Source of the DNA: Octopus vulgaris
Lineage: Eukaryota
Direction: 5' to 3'
Length of the DNA: 64,000 nt
Assembly (NCBI GenBank): GCA_951406725.2
Contig: OX597840.1
Span: forward strand, 29,884,001-29,948,000
Positions 13,509 through 26,419 of this stretch are shown here, piece by piece; positions within the stretch are counted from its first letter, which is position 1, and each line of letters begins with the position of its first letter. The notes beneath the pieces were generated by a model. That model had not been told where the DNA came from. It made no database searches and saw only the letters and a list, made by a program, of their open reading frames with translations. The position numbers and the translations under genes are program-made.

Positions 13509-13894
13509 GTAGATAGATAGATAAGGTGGGTAGGTAGGTAGGTAGGAGTTGGATAGATAGATAGATAGATGGATGGATGGATAGGTAGGTAGGTAGGTAG
13601 GTAGATGTGTGTGTGATTGTTTATGTATGTTTAATGCTATGCAGCCTCATTACTTGTGTAATTTATTCCAAAGTTTTCCCACAGCTCCCACGCAAAATTG
13701 TTCTGCACAAATTAACACCAAATAAACATCATTTGATATGCTTTTAATATGTTACATTTTACGACTGAATTCCATCCCTGCTCCTATTCAGAATCTCCAT
13801 CAGCCCATGCACAGCCATTCACAGTGCACGTGCACTTTACTGCATACATTCACTATTCTGTGTTCACCTCTTCTTCCTCTTCTTCTTCTTCTTC

Positions 13895-13898
<4 letters not shown>

Positions 13899-13952
<54 letters not shown>

Positions 13953-13966
13953 CATCATTATTATTA

Positions 13967-14018
<52 letters not shown>

Positions 14019-14070
14019 CATTATTATTATTATTATTATCATTATTATCATCATTATTATCATCATTATT

Positions 14071-14114
<44 letters not shown>

Positions 14115-14195
14115 CATCATTATTATTATATTATTTCATTATTATCATCATTATTATTATCATTATTATCATCATTATTATCATCATTATTATTA

Positions 14196-14268
<73 letters not shown>

Positions 14269-14327
14269 CATTATTATCATCATCATTATTATCATTATTA
14301 TCATCATTATTATCATCATTATTATTA

Positions 14328-14364
<37 letters not shown>

Positions 14365-14615
14365 CATTATTATTATTATTATTATTATTATCATTATTAT
14401 CATCATTATTATTATCATTATTATTATTATTATTATCATTATTATCATCATTATTATTATCATTATTATCATCATTATTATTATTATCATTATTATTATT
14501 ATTATTATTATCATTATTATCATCATTATTATTATCATTATTATTATTATTATTATCATTATTATCATCATTATTATTATCATTATTATCATCATTATTA
14601 TCATCATTATTATTA

Positions 14616-14688
<73 letters not shown>

Positions 14689-14735
14689 CATCATTATTAT
14701 CATTATTATCATCATTATTATCATCATTATTATTA

Positions 14736-14778
<43 letters not shown>

Positions 14779-14951
14779 CATTATTATTATTATTATTATT
14801 ATTATCATTATTATCATCATTATTATTATCATTATTATTATCATTATTATCATCATTATTATTATCATTATTATTATTATTATCATTATTATTATCATCA
14901 TCATTATCATCATCTTTATTATCATCTTTATTATCCTTATTATTATTATTA

Positions 14952-15003
<52 letters not shown>

Positions 15004-15130
15004 CATCATTATTATTATTATTATTATTATTATCATTATTATCATTATTATTATTATTATTATCATCATTATTATTATTATTATCGTTATTATTATTATT
15101 ATCATCATTATCATTATTATTATTATTATT
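13899..15130. repeat. ~1.2 kb (ATT/ATC)n trinucleotide array
   Basis: Direct reading; source of the poly-I/L/Y/N ORFs. Confidence 0.97.
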
Positions 15131-15529
15131 TGAAGAAGAAGAAAAAGAAGATGAGGAGGACAGGGTGGAGGAGATGGTGGAGGGGGAAACGAAAAATAAT
15201 GAGGAGGAGGAGAAGAAGAGAGATGATGAAGAGAACATGGAAGGGGAGGGGATGGGAAGAGAAGGAGAAAAGGAAGAAGGGGAAGAAGAAAAAGAAAAAA
15301 AGAAAATGAAGATGGCAGAGGAGGAGGAGGAGGAGAAGAAGAAGTAGAGAGAGAAAAGTGGAGGTGATGGAGTAAATGCCAGTATAGTTTAAGGAAGAAG
15401 AAACCACACCAAAGATGACTTTGGTGCCTGACACAATCTTGTGGTTCTTTGGCTCCTGTCAATCTGTCCAACCCATGCCAGCAGGGAAAACAGATTTAAA
15501 TAAAAATGATGATGATGATGATTATGTCA

Positions 15530-15747
15530 TACTCTTTTACTCTTTTACTTGTTTCAGTCATTTGACTGCGGCCATGCTGGAGCACCGCCTTTAGTCGAGC
15601 AACTCGACCCCGGGACTTATTCTTTTGTAAGCCCAGTACTTATTCTATCGGTCTCTTTTGCCGAACCGCTAAGTGATGGGGACATAAACACACCAGCATC
15701 GGTTGTCAAGCAATGCTAGGGGGACAAACACAGACACACAAACATAC

Positions 15748-15791
<44 letters not shown>

Positions 15792-15978
15792 CTATATATA
15801 TATATATATATACACGATGGGCTTCTTTCAGTTTCCGTCTACCAAATCCACTCACAAGGCTTTGGTCGGCTCGAGGCTATAGCAGAAGACACTTGCCCAA
15901 GGTGCCACGCAGTGGGACTGAACCCGGAACCATGTGGTTGGTAAACAAGCTACTTACCACACAGCCACTCCTGCGCCA
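15530..15978 (-). mobile_element. Full-length SINE family A
   Basis: Reverse complement of the complete element ending ...CAGCCACTCCTGCGCC. Confidence 0.9.
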
Positions 15979-16869
15979 ATAAATAGTTTTCTTTCTTTTT
16001 TTTTTTTTTGGTTTCTGACAAATAAGTATTCATTTTAGCAGTTTTGTAGAAGCACCAAGAAATTTGATGAGATAAAAGTCAAACAAAATAATCATTATCT
16101 GAAATTCATATTTCCTTAGTTTCAGCAAAACTATTCTTCATACTTCTAAAGTACACTTCCATAATACTCTACCATTTTTGCTACCATTTTATTATTAAAA
16201 CACAAACTAATCTCCAGAGATATACAAGATATTTTGGTGAAAAAATAATGGCAAAATTGAAACTAGTTCTTCGAATTATTATTAAACTTCTTTCTCTCAT
16301 TTTCAGCGCAAGTATCAAATTGTAAGAATTGAATTGAATATTCTTCATCATATTCTGTCTTTTCCTATAATTCTAATTATGCACTGAAATGTATTCCATT
16401 AAATACATTACAGGAGAATATTCCCGTTATCTTACATGGCCCCCTACACTGTAAATGAAGCATCAGTTATGAACGAAGGAATTTACCTTGTATTTTATCT
16501 TATCATCATCGGAAAAGTAATATATTTGTTGGATGGGAAGAAAGTGGATTAGCTTAAAAATGAGAATTTAGGGATCATATGAATTCTTGCTGATATTATT
16601 TTCTTTTTCTCCTTTCGTTGAGAAAATTATTTTGTTTTATCACTTTTCCAGCGCCAAGCTCAACAAAGCTCTATAACTGCGAAAGAGAAAGAATGGCTGA
16701 TAAAATTCCTCATTGAAATATATTTATCAATTTCTATAATATTCCAATCAGTTTGTTCCTAATATTGATAGATCCAATCAGCTTTTGTTTCAGAATGAAT
16801 TTTGTGAAGATTTAAGGATCATCCTCAACCGCAGAATGTTCCATCTTTTCCTTTTTTCTTTGTGTTTAT

Positions 16870-18360
16870 GGCATGTAAAAAGCACCAACCGATCGTGGCC
16901 ATTGCCAGCCTCGCCTGGCCCCTATGCCGGTGGCATGTAAAAAGCACCAACCGATCGTGGCCATTGCCAGCCTCCCCTGGCACCTGTGCTGGTGGCACAT
17001 AAAAAGCACCAACTGATCGTGGCCACTGCCAGCCTCTCCTGGCCCCCTGTGCTGGTGGCGTGTAAAAAGCACCAACCGATCGTGGCCATTGCCAGCCTCG
17101 CCTGGCACCTGTGCCGGTGGCACGTAAAAAGTACCAACTGATCGTGGCCGTTGCCAGCCTCCCCTGGCCCCTGTGCCGGTGGCGCGTAAAAAGCACCAAC
17201 CGATCTTGGCCAATGCCAGTCCCGCCTGGCCCCTGTGCCGGTGGCACGTAAAATGCATCAACTGATCGTGGCCATTGCCAGCCTCGCTTGGCACCTGTGT
17301 TGGTGGCACATAAAAAGCACCAACCGATCGTGGCCATTGCCAGCCTCGCTTGGCCCCTGTGCCAGTGGCATGTAAAAAGCACCAACCAATCGTGGCTGTT
17401 GCCAGCCTCCCCTGGCCCCTGTACCAGTGGCACGTGAAAAGCACCAGCCGATCATGGCTGTTGCCAACCTCCCCTGGCACCTGTATTGGTGGCACATTAA
17501 AAGCACCAACCAATCGTGGCTGTTGCCAGCCTCCCCTGGCCCCTGTACCAGTGGCACGTGAAAAGCACCAGCCGATCATGGCTGTTGCCAACCTCCCCTG
17601 GCACCTGTATTGGTGGCACATTAAAAGCACCAACCAATCGTGGTGGTTGCCAGCCTCGCCTGGCCCCTGTGCCAGTGGGACATAAAAAGCACCAACCGAT
17701 CATGGCCATTGCCAGCCTCGCCTGGCACCTGTGTCGGTGGCACGTAAAAAGCACCAACCGATTGTGGCCATTGCCAGCCTTGCCTGGCACCTATGTCGGT
17801 GGCATGTAAAAAGCACCAACCGATCGTGGACATTGCCAGCCTCCCCTGGCCCCTGTGCCGGTGGCATGTAAAAAGCACCAACAAATCGTGGCCTGTTGTC
17901 AGCCTCGCCTGGCACCTGTGTCGGTGGAACATAAAAAGCACCAACTGATCATGGCCATCGCCAGCCTCTCCTGGCCCCTGTGCCGGTGGCATGTAAAAAG
18001 CACCAACCGATCGTGGACATTGCCAGCCTCCCCTGGCCCCTGTGCCGGTGGCATGTAAAAAGCACCAACTAATCGTGGCTGTTGCCAGCCTCGCCTGGCA
18101 CCTGTGTCGGTGGCACATAAAAAGCACCAACCGATCGTGGCCACTGCCAGCCTCGCCTGGCACCTGTGTTGGTGGCACATAAAAATCACCAACCGATCGT
18201 GGCCGTTGCCAGCCTCGCCTGGCACCTGTGTCGGTGGCACGTAAAAAGGACCAACCAATTGTGGCCATTGCCAGCCTCACCTGGCACCTGTGTTGGTGGC
18301 ACGTAGAAAGCACCAACCGATCGTGGCCATTGCCAGCCTCCCTTGGCACTTAAAAAGCAC
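16870..18360 (+). repeat. 62-bp GC-rich minisatellite, about 24 units, internal to a family C retroposon
   Basis: Unit AAAAAGCACCAACCGATCGTGGCCATTGCCAGCCTCGCCTGGCACCTGTGCCGGTGGCACGT; AGCACC at 16881, 16943, ... (period 62). Confidence 0.95.
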
Positions 18361-18520
18361 CCACTACATTCACGGAGTGGTTGGCGTTAGGAAGGGCATC
18401 CAGCTGTAAAACATTGCCAGATCAGACTGGAGCCTGGTGCAGCATCCTGGCTTCCCAGACCCCAGTCAAACCGTCCAACCCATGCTAGCATGGAAAACAG
18501 ACGTTAAACAATGATAATGA
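16870..18520 (+). mobile_element. Family C retroposon (62-bp array + conserved 3' body + GAT-like tail)
   Basis: The array runs directly into AAGCACCCACTAC...GGAGTGGTTGGCGTTAGGAAGGGCATCC...GACGTTAAAC and the tail. Confidence 0.85.
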
Positions 18521-18683
18521 TGTGGTTAAGAGGCTTGCTTTGCGAGCACAGGATTTTGTGTTCGATCACACTGCATGGCACCTTGGGCAAGTGTCTTTTA
18601 GTATAGCTGTCGACCAATGCATTATGAGGGAATTTGATAGATGGAAACTGTGTTGAAGCTGTGACAGAGAGAACTGTGTTATA

Positions 18684-19092
18684 AGGTGGCGATCTGGCAG
18701 AAACGTTAGCATGCCGGGCGAAATGCGTAGCCGTATTTCGTCTGACGTTACGTTCTGAGTTCAAATTCCGCCGAGGCCAACTTTGCCTTTCATCCTTTCA
18801 GTGTCAATAAATTAAGTACCAGTTACGCACTGGGCTTGATGTAATTGACTTAATCCCTTTGTCTGTCCTTGTTTGTCCACTCCATGTTTAGCCCCTTGTG
18901 GGTAGTAAAGTAATAGGTATTTTGTCTGCCGTAACGTTCTGAGTTCAAATTCTGCCAAGGTCAACTTTGCTTTTCATCCTTTCGGGGTTGATAAATTAAG
19001 TTCCACTGGGGTTGATGTAATCGACTTAATCCGTTTGTCTGTCCTTGTTTGTCCCCTCTATGTTTAGCTCCTTGTGGGCAATAAAAAATAAG
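18684..19092 (+). mobile_element. SINE family B dimer nested in a degenerate family A copy
   Basis: Two head-to-tail bodies joined at GTAAAGTAATAGGTATTTTGTCTG. Confidence 0.85.
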
Positions 19093-19509
19093 GAAACTGT
19101 GTTGAAGCCCTTGTATATGTGAATGTGAGTGTACCTGTGTTTGTTCTCACCCACCACTTGACAACAAGTGTTAGTGTGTTTCCATTCCATGACTTAGTAG
19201 TTTGACAAAAGAGACCAATAGAATAAAGACTAGAATTAAAAAGGAATAGGAATAAGCACTAGAGTTGGTTTATTCAACTAAAATTCTTCAAGGGAGTGCT
19301 CCAGCATGGCCACAGTCTTAAGGCTGAAACAGGTAAAAACATTTACTCATTGTCTTCAGGATTCCAAGGAGTTTGGTACAGAAATAATAAATTTGTCTTA
19401 TACATTAATTCTTTAATTGATTCTGCCTCACCTGCCACCCATGTTATTTACCTGAGTCATTAGGTATTGCTAATTTAATTAAGCTTTTAATACCAACAGA
19501 GATAATGAA

Positions 19510-19656
19510 GTGTGGCAAGAAGTTTGGTTCCCAACTACATGGTTCCAGGTTCAATCCCACTGCATGGCACCTTTGAGCAAATGTCTTCTGCTATAACCTT
19601 GGGCTAACCAAAGCCTTGCGAGTGGATTTGGTAGATGGAAACTGAAAGAAGCTTTC

Positions 19657-19688
<32 letters not shown>

Positions 19689-19884
19689 GATAGATCGTTA
19701 TCCACTACACACATTTTCTTCTCTCCCTGTTTCTCTCCTTGTTTTTTTTTCTGTGTCCCTTTCTGTAGAAGAGCGTAGGCTCGAAACATAAAAGACTTTT
19801 TCTATTCCTGAGCATTATACTAATACATCCGTTTGTTTTGTCCACCACCTGTCTTCGTCTTTTGTTTTTTTCGTAAACACTCCC

Positions 19885-19936
<52 letters not shown>

Positions 19937-20150
19937 TCTATCTCCCTGTTCTGTGTCTGTGTTTGTACCCTACTTTCAATTGGTCTGTGTGTTGTATAAA
20001 GACCTGTAACTTAGCCGTTCAGCAAAAGGGACCGATAGAATAAGTAGAAGGTTTTAAAGAAAGTCCTGAGGTCGATTTACTCAACTAAAATCCTTTAAGG
20101 TGCTGTTCCAGCATGGCTGCAGTCCAATGACTGAAACAAGTCCAAGGTAA
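19510..20150 (+). mobile_element. SINE family A with a hammerhead cassette (19688-19886) nested in its TA tract
   Basis: Head at 19510-19660 and tail at 19950-20150; the insert is flanked by (TA)n. Confidence 0.75.
19759..19794 (+). ncRNA. Minimal hammerhead-like motif with variant core
   Basis: CTTT CTGTAGA A GAGC gtag GCTC GAAA CAT A AAAG; stems I and II pair perfectly; core is CUGUAGA rather than CUGANGA. Confidence 0.55.
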
Positions 20151-20252
20151 AAGAGAATGGATTTCATAATTCCAGTCACATCCAGGATAGACTTCATTTA
20201 ATCCTGATTCAAAGCCAGCAAATGAGTGACTGGTAACTGGCTTTAGTTTAGC

Positions 20253-20481
20253 TTAACCTTTTAGCATTTAAACCAGCCTTATCCAGCCAAAAGTATTCTG
20301 CCTGTTTTATGTTCAAACTGGCCAGATCTGGTCTCTCACACCAACCCTACAATATCGTTTTAAAAATTATCAACTACCTCATCAAAATCTCATAGCTACA
20401 AGATTAATGAATGATTAGTTCAAAACAATGTGGATAAAAAGGATTAATTTTGGCAAAATAATGTGAACACTAAAGGGTTAA
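20253..20481. mobile_element. piggyBac-like MITE (family E)
   Basis: TTAA-CCTTTTAGCATTT...AACACTAAAGGG-TTAA; closely similar copy at 42383-42611; diverged reverse copies at 25268-26394. Confidence 0.75.
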
Positions 20482-21417
20482 ATCTCACTTCAGAGCAAAG
20501 GGATCTCATCTGATGTGGTCGAAAACTCTGCTAATTTCTCGGATCCATGGGAGCATGAATTCTAATTAATTCAAATTATTCCAGTAATGATGAGAAGAGG
20601 GAAAAGAGCTACTCATTAGCTGAATCGTTGATATTGGCCAAAAGAGGCAGGCGAAACAATCCCGGAATTTTAATTACTATAAAACTAATTACAAATTGAA
20701 ACCAATGAAAGGATTGCGTGAGATCCTTGTTGAGAGTAAAATGTGTTTCCATTCCATGACTTAGCAGTTTGACAAAAGAAACCAATAGAATAAGTACCAG
20801 AGTTAAAAAGGAATAGGAATAAACACTAGAGTCCATTTATTCAACTAAAATTCTCCAAAGGAGTGCTCCAGCATGGCCACAGTCTTAAGGCTGAAATAAG
20901 TAAAAACATTTACTCATTGTCTTCAGGATTCCCAGGAGTTTGGTACAGAAACGAATTTGTCTTATATATTAATTCTTTAATTGATTCTGCCTCACCTGCC
21001 ACCCATGTCATTTACCTGAGTCATTAGGTATTGCAAAGGGATCTCATCTGATGTGGTTGAAAACTCTGCTAATTTCTCAGATCCATGGGAGCATGAATTC
21101 TAATTAATTCAAATTATTCCAGTAATGATGAGAAGAGGGAAAAGAGTTACTCATTAGCCGAATCGTTGATATTGGCCAAAAGAGGCAGGCGGAACAATCC
21201 CGGAATTTTAATTACTATAAAACTAATTACAAATTGAAACCAATGAAAGGATTGATTGAGATCCTTGTTGAGAGTCAAGGCACGATGTTTTCTCCTTATT
21301 TTGGTTATAAATTTGGACAATCTTTGAGCTCAAGTCATCAATTTCATTTTTGTCAAAACTGCTGATTGGCAAAAATTAAAGTGACGTTTTTAAACTCAAG
21401 GATTTTTTTTTTTTTTT

Positions 21418-21812
21418 TTACTTGTTTCAGTCATTTGACTGCGGCCATGCTGGAGCACAGCCTTTAATCAAGCAACTCAACCCCGGGACTTATTCTTTTG
21501 TAAGCCCAGTACTTATTCTATCGGTCTCTTTTTGCCGAACCGCTAAGTGACGGGGACGTAAACACGCCAGTATCGGTTGTCAAGCAATGCTAGGGGGACA
21601 AACACAGACACACAAACATATACATACACACACATATATATATATACATATATACGACAGGCTTCTTTCAGTTTCCGTCTACCAAATCCACTCACAAGGC
21701 TTTGGTCGGCCCGAGGCTATAGTAGAAGACACTTGCCCAAGATGCTACGCAGTGGGACTGAACCCGGAACCATGTGGTTGGTTAGCAAGCTACTTACCAC
21801 ACAGCCACTCCT
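21418..21812 (-). mobile_element. SINE family A
   Basis: Near-complete reverse-complement copy. Confidence 0.9.
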
Positions 21813-21855
21813 TGCTGAATTTGGATCAAAAAGCATTTCTTAGTTTGGTTTTTGT

Positions 21856-22160
21856 ACAAGGATTGGCAAAGCTAAAGTGACCTTCAGGCAGCTCAGACCA
21901 ATCGACAAGCACAAAACTCAGGGTCTTTAACACAAGCATGAAGACTGTTTTGCTGTAGGCAGGTGAAACACAGTGATTCACTAAGTTCTCTGACAACAAG
22001 TTGCAAACGTTTGAGATTAGATGTTGCCAGGATGTCCTTCAGATGAAATCTCAAGACAGATCCACAAGCAAAGCCTTGTGAAATAGATACACTAGTAACT
22101 TATCAAATCCTAGTTCAAGAGGAGAAAATGAAGGTCACTTTGATACACCCTAAACAAACC
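21856..22160 (+). pseudogene. Degenerate RTE-clade LINE ORF fragment (post-RT region)
   Basis: Manual translation TRIGKAKVTFRQLRPI../TSTKLRVFNTSMKTVLL*AGETQ*..KLQTFEIRCCQDVLQMK matches the RTE pattern RIGKA..TK.RIF...V..VLLYG.ETW; has stops and a frameshift. Confidence 0.75.
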
Positions 22161-22351
22161 TGATAAAGAACACAAAAATTCATTTTGAGATTTTAAATGC
22201 AAAAATATTTATCCTTTCGTTTTTGGATTTGGTTTGCAAGATTCTTTATATGAGTTTGTGTGTTGAAGCATATTTTGTTGTGTCTGGGGAGAGTCATTTT
22301 CTTTTTGCACCTTATTATGTACTATTGAAAAGGTTGCAAGAGTGGCTGTGT

Positions 22352-22750
22352 GGCGCAGGAGTGGCTGTGTGGTAAGTAGCTTGTTTACCAGCCACATGGT
22401 TCCGGGTTCAGTCCCACTGCGTGGCACCTTGGGTAAGTGTCTTCTACTATAGCCTCGGGCCAACCAAAGCCTTGTGAGTGGATTTGGTAGACGGAAACTG
22501 AAAGAAGCCTGTCGTACATATGTATATATATGTATGTGTGTGTTTGTGTGTCTGTGTTTGTCCCCCTAGCATTGCTTGACAACCGATGCTGGTGTGTTTA
22601 TGTCCCCATTAATTAGCGGTTTGGCAAAAGAGACCGATAGAATAAGTACTGGGCTTACAAAGAATAAGTCCCGGGGTCGAGTTGCTCGATTAAAGGCGGT
22701 GCTCCAGCATGGCCGCAGTCAAATGACTGAAGCAAGTAAAAGAGAAAAGA
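22352..22750 (+). mobile_element. Full-length SINE family A
   Basis: GGCGCAGGAGTGGCTGTGTGG head through AAGTAAAAGAG tail. Confidence 0.9.
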
Positions 22751-22979
22751 GAAAGACGCAACGAAAATTCACTTGGAGCTTTATTATTATTTTGATTTTA
22801 GTATCATGGAATGGAAAATCGCTGAAGAGGTCACAGAATGTGTTACAAAAACTTTGGACAAAGGACACTAAAATAAGAATAAAGAATAAAGCTGAAGTAA
22901 AGAACACGTACTATATCATGCACTATAGTGCATGTGATTAAAACCCCAAAATATGACCATCCCAAAGATAAAAATATCT

Positions 22980-23210
22980 TATTTCTTTATTGCCCACAAG
23001 AGGCTAAACATAGAGGGGACAAACAAGGACAGACAAAGGGATTAAGTCTATTACATCGACCCCAGTGCATAACTGGCACTTATTTATCGACCCCGAAAGG
23101 ATGAAGGCAAAGTCAACCTCAGTGGAATTTGAACTCAGAACGTAACGTCAGACGAAATACCGCTAAGCATTTTGCCCAGCGTGCTAACGTTTCTGCCAGC
23201 TCACCGCCCT
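22980..23210 (-). mobile_element. SINE family B
   Basis: Reverse complement ending CTGCCAGCTCACCGCC. Confidence 0.85.
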
Positions 23211-23232
23211 CAATACATTATATTAAAAGACT

Positions 23233-23338
23233 TCAGTCCCACTGCGTGGCATCTTGGGCAAGTGTCTTCTGCTATAGCCCCGGGCTGACCAATGCCTTGT
23301 GAGTGGATTTGGTAGACGGAAACTGAAAGAAGCCCGTC

Positions 23339-23400
<62 letters not shown>

Positions 23401-23610
23401 TTGTGCGTCTGTGTTTGTCGCCCCAACATTGTTTGACAACCGATGCTAGTGTGTTTACGTCCCCGTCACTTAGCGGTTCGGCAAAAAGAGACCGATAGAA
23501 TAAGTACTGGGCTTACAAAGAATAAGTCCCGGGGTCGATTTGCTCGATTAAAGGCGGTGCTCCAGCATGGCTGCAATCAAATGACTGAAACAAGTAAAAG
23601 AGTAAAGAGA
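23233..23610 (+). mobile_element. SINE family A, 5'-truncated
   Basis: Starts at TTCAGTCCCACTGCG. Confidence 0.85.
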
Positions 23611-23711
23611 GAGACAAAATATAAAAATGTCTATTCTTATCCTAAACAAAATAAAATTTGACATTGCTATGAACGACAAGGAAATGTTTGCACAAAGATG
23701 GTTCCAAACTC

Positions 23712-24149
23712 AAAAGACAGTTGCCTGTCACCCATCACCATGTGGTGGACACGATCAACGTTTTCTTTGGTGGTGGCAGTTGCAGGATATCCAGAGCTCG
23801 GGCCATTGTTAAGGCTCTCCTTGCCCCTCGAAAATTCATCTACCCACCTTTGTGCTGTTGATAAAAGTGGAGTGTCACCCACTAATGTAACAACCATGTC
23901 AGCATGAAGGTCATTGGTAGTTAAACCCTTTTTTTTCTGCAGGTACTTTATAACACTATGATACCAAATTTTGTCAAGAGAGGTCGCTAATAGTTACTTT
24001 GGAAGTTGTCTTTGAACAGTCACATGTCAGTTTATATGGAAAGACACAATGCAGTTATTAATTAGAAGAGTTGAAATTAATAATTAATCACAAATCTAGC
24101 ATCACTTCATCGTAATAATCAGCTTACGAACTTACTCCAGTCCACTCGA
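23712..24149 (-). pseudogene. mariner transposon 5' remnant (transposase N-terminal HTH)
   Basis: Minus strand YHSVIKYLQKK/GLTTNDLHADMVVTLVGDTPLLSTAQRWVDEFSRGKESLNNGPSSGYPATATTKENVDRVHHMVMGDRQL matches the mariner W..EF.RG..SL.D.PRSGRP motif; frameshifted. Confidence 0.85.
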
Positions 24150-24364
24150 CTGGCAAAAGTCAGGTGTACCTGTAAATCAAAGGGCCAGACTTGTCACACT
24201 CTGTGTCATGCTGAATCTCCCTGGGAACTATGTTAAGGGTTCACATCTCTGTGGAGGACTCAGCCACTTGTACACTAATTGTGCAAGCAGGATGTTCTGA
24301 CGATCAGATCAAATGGAACCTTTGTCATCAGAACCAACAAAGTGCCATGCCTATCTATCGCTGT

Positions 24365-24381
24365 CTTACTATATTTATCTC

Positions 24382-24433
<52 letters not shown>

Positions 24434-24512
24434 ATTGTCTGTCTATATATCTTCCTATCCACCTGCCTACCCACCTGCATGTCTATCAGTCTGTCTATCT
24501 ATCTATCTACCC

Positions 24513-24560
<48 letters not shown>

Positions 24561-24592
24561 CTATCTCTCTACCAACCAACCAACCTACCTAC

Positions 24593-24626
<34 letters not shown>

Positions 24627-24750
24627 CTGTTTCTCTCTCACTCTATCTATCTATCTGCCAATTTATCTATCTGTCTGTCTGTCTATCTATCGATCTATCT
24701 ATCCATCTGTCTGGCTGTCTTTTCTATCAGTCTATGTATATATCTATCTA

Positions 24751-24840
<90 letters not shown>
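24365..24840. repeat. (TCTA)n/(CT)n/(TA)n microsatellite
   Basis: Direct reading. Confidence 0.95.
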
Positions 24841-24844
<4 letters not shown>

Positions 24845-25571
24845 CACTTTATTTCATAATTGCTCCTGTTCACTCAGCTGGCAAAAATGAGTTGTACCTG
24901 TAACTGAAAGGACTAGCCTGTCACTAACTCTTCATAAGAACTACATTAAAGGTACTCATGTCTGTGGAGCCGTCAGCCACTTTCACATTAATTTCATGAG
25001 CTGGCTGTCCCATTGATTGGATCAACTGGAAACCATATCATTGTACCTGGTAGAGTGTCATCTAGATATGCTGTTTTCTTTCTTTTTTTTTTCTGTCTTG
25101 GTCTTTTGGCAATTTATCAAATGTTATAGATTTATTTCTTGTCCATGTTGATGGTTTTGTATATCATTCTCAGCCAAAGAACAACACAGTATCTGTGACA
25201 CTTGCTGACAGTAAGGTCACAACTTTTTTCTCCTCATGATTGACATAAATTCAGACAATCCTTGATTTTAACTCTTTAGCATTCAGGCTATTTGGTCAAA
25301 TCTATTGCTTATCTTATTCACATTGTTTTTTAATTAATCATCCATTATCTCGTAGCTTTGAGATTTCAATGGTGTAATTGTTCATTTATGAATGACATTG
25401 TAAGGTGGGTGTGAGAGGTAGTTTTGAGATTTCAATGATGTGATTGTATATTCTTAGAATGACATTGTAGGGTAAGTGAGAGAGGTTGGATCTGGCCAGT
25501 TTGAACATGGGGCCTGACATGGCTAGTTTAACCCTTTAGCATTCAGATTATTCTGTCAAATGTATTGCTTA

Positions 25572-25965
25572 CTAGCAGCATCGCCCAGCATTGCTTGGGT
25601 TTGTTTTGACCCTTTAGAATTGAAATTTTTGAAAAGTAAAATTTTGCATTATGTAGCTTGTTATTCTCTTTAAGTGAACATTTTTTCTGGTTGAAATACA
25701 TCGAAAAATGGACACACAGCAGTAAAAAAAAGTAAAAAATAGGGATTTTCATAGAAAAAAAAGCACATTTTTTATGTAAATAATTTTTGGTCCTAACATG
25801 GTCCGATTTGAATTTTTTCTTCTACGGAAGGAAGAGCAAGCCTTCTTCTATCATACTCTCAATTTTGGTCAACTTGTGTCGCAGGGTCTCGGAGGAGATA
25901 GCGTTAGTTGAAGGCTACCAAACCTGCCATACACACAGACAACTTCAGCTTTATATAGAGAGAGA
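25572..25965 (-). mobile_element. Non-autonomous Helitron inserted in a family E MITE
   Basis: Minus strand begins A|TCTCTCTCTATATAAAG and ends with hairpin CCCAAGCAATGCTGGG about 8 nt before CTAG|T: the canonical TC...CTAG, AT-target signature. Confidence 0.8.
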
Positions 25966-26419
25966 TTTATAAACTTCAAAATTTCAGTGATGTGATTGGT
26001 TAGTTTTAGAATGACATTGTAGGGTAGATGTGAGAGGCCAGATATTACCAGTTTCAAGATATAAAAGCATATGAAGGTCAAATATGGCTGGATTAAATGC
26101 ATCACTTTCATTTTGCTGTTTGACAAAACTTAAAGTGATGTTTTAAACCCATTGATTGCTGTTATCTGATTTAAGCTTTGAGTATTCAGATTTCTGTGTC
26201 AAAGGAAATATTTATTCCCATTATTTGGAATTAATCATGCATTATACTGAAGTTTTGAGATTTCAATGATGTGATGGTATATTCTTAGAATGACATTGTA
26301 CGGTAAGTGAGAGAGGTTGGATCTGGCCAGTTTGAACATATAACAGGTAGAATATTTTGGTCGAGCATGGCTGGATTAAATGCCAAAGAGTTAAGACATC
26401 ACTTTCATTTTACTGTCTA

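Noticed and set aside
13738-15471. 400-530 aa poly-I/L/Y/N ORFs
   Set aside because: Translation of the (ATT/ATC)n microsatellite.
16307-16321. 15-nt microexon (TTTCTCTCATTTTCAG|CGCAAGTATCAAATT|GTAAGA)
   Set aside because: Splice signals are plausible but expected by chance in 64 kb of AT-rich DNA; no supporting gene context.
16870-18360. CRISPR-like array or repeat protein (long ORFs of 200-255 aa)
   Set aside because: Units are contiguous with no unique spacers and there are no cas genes; the 62-bp period is not a multiple of 3, so the ORFs cycle through frames.
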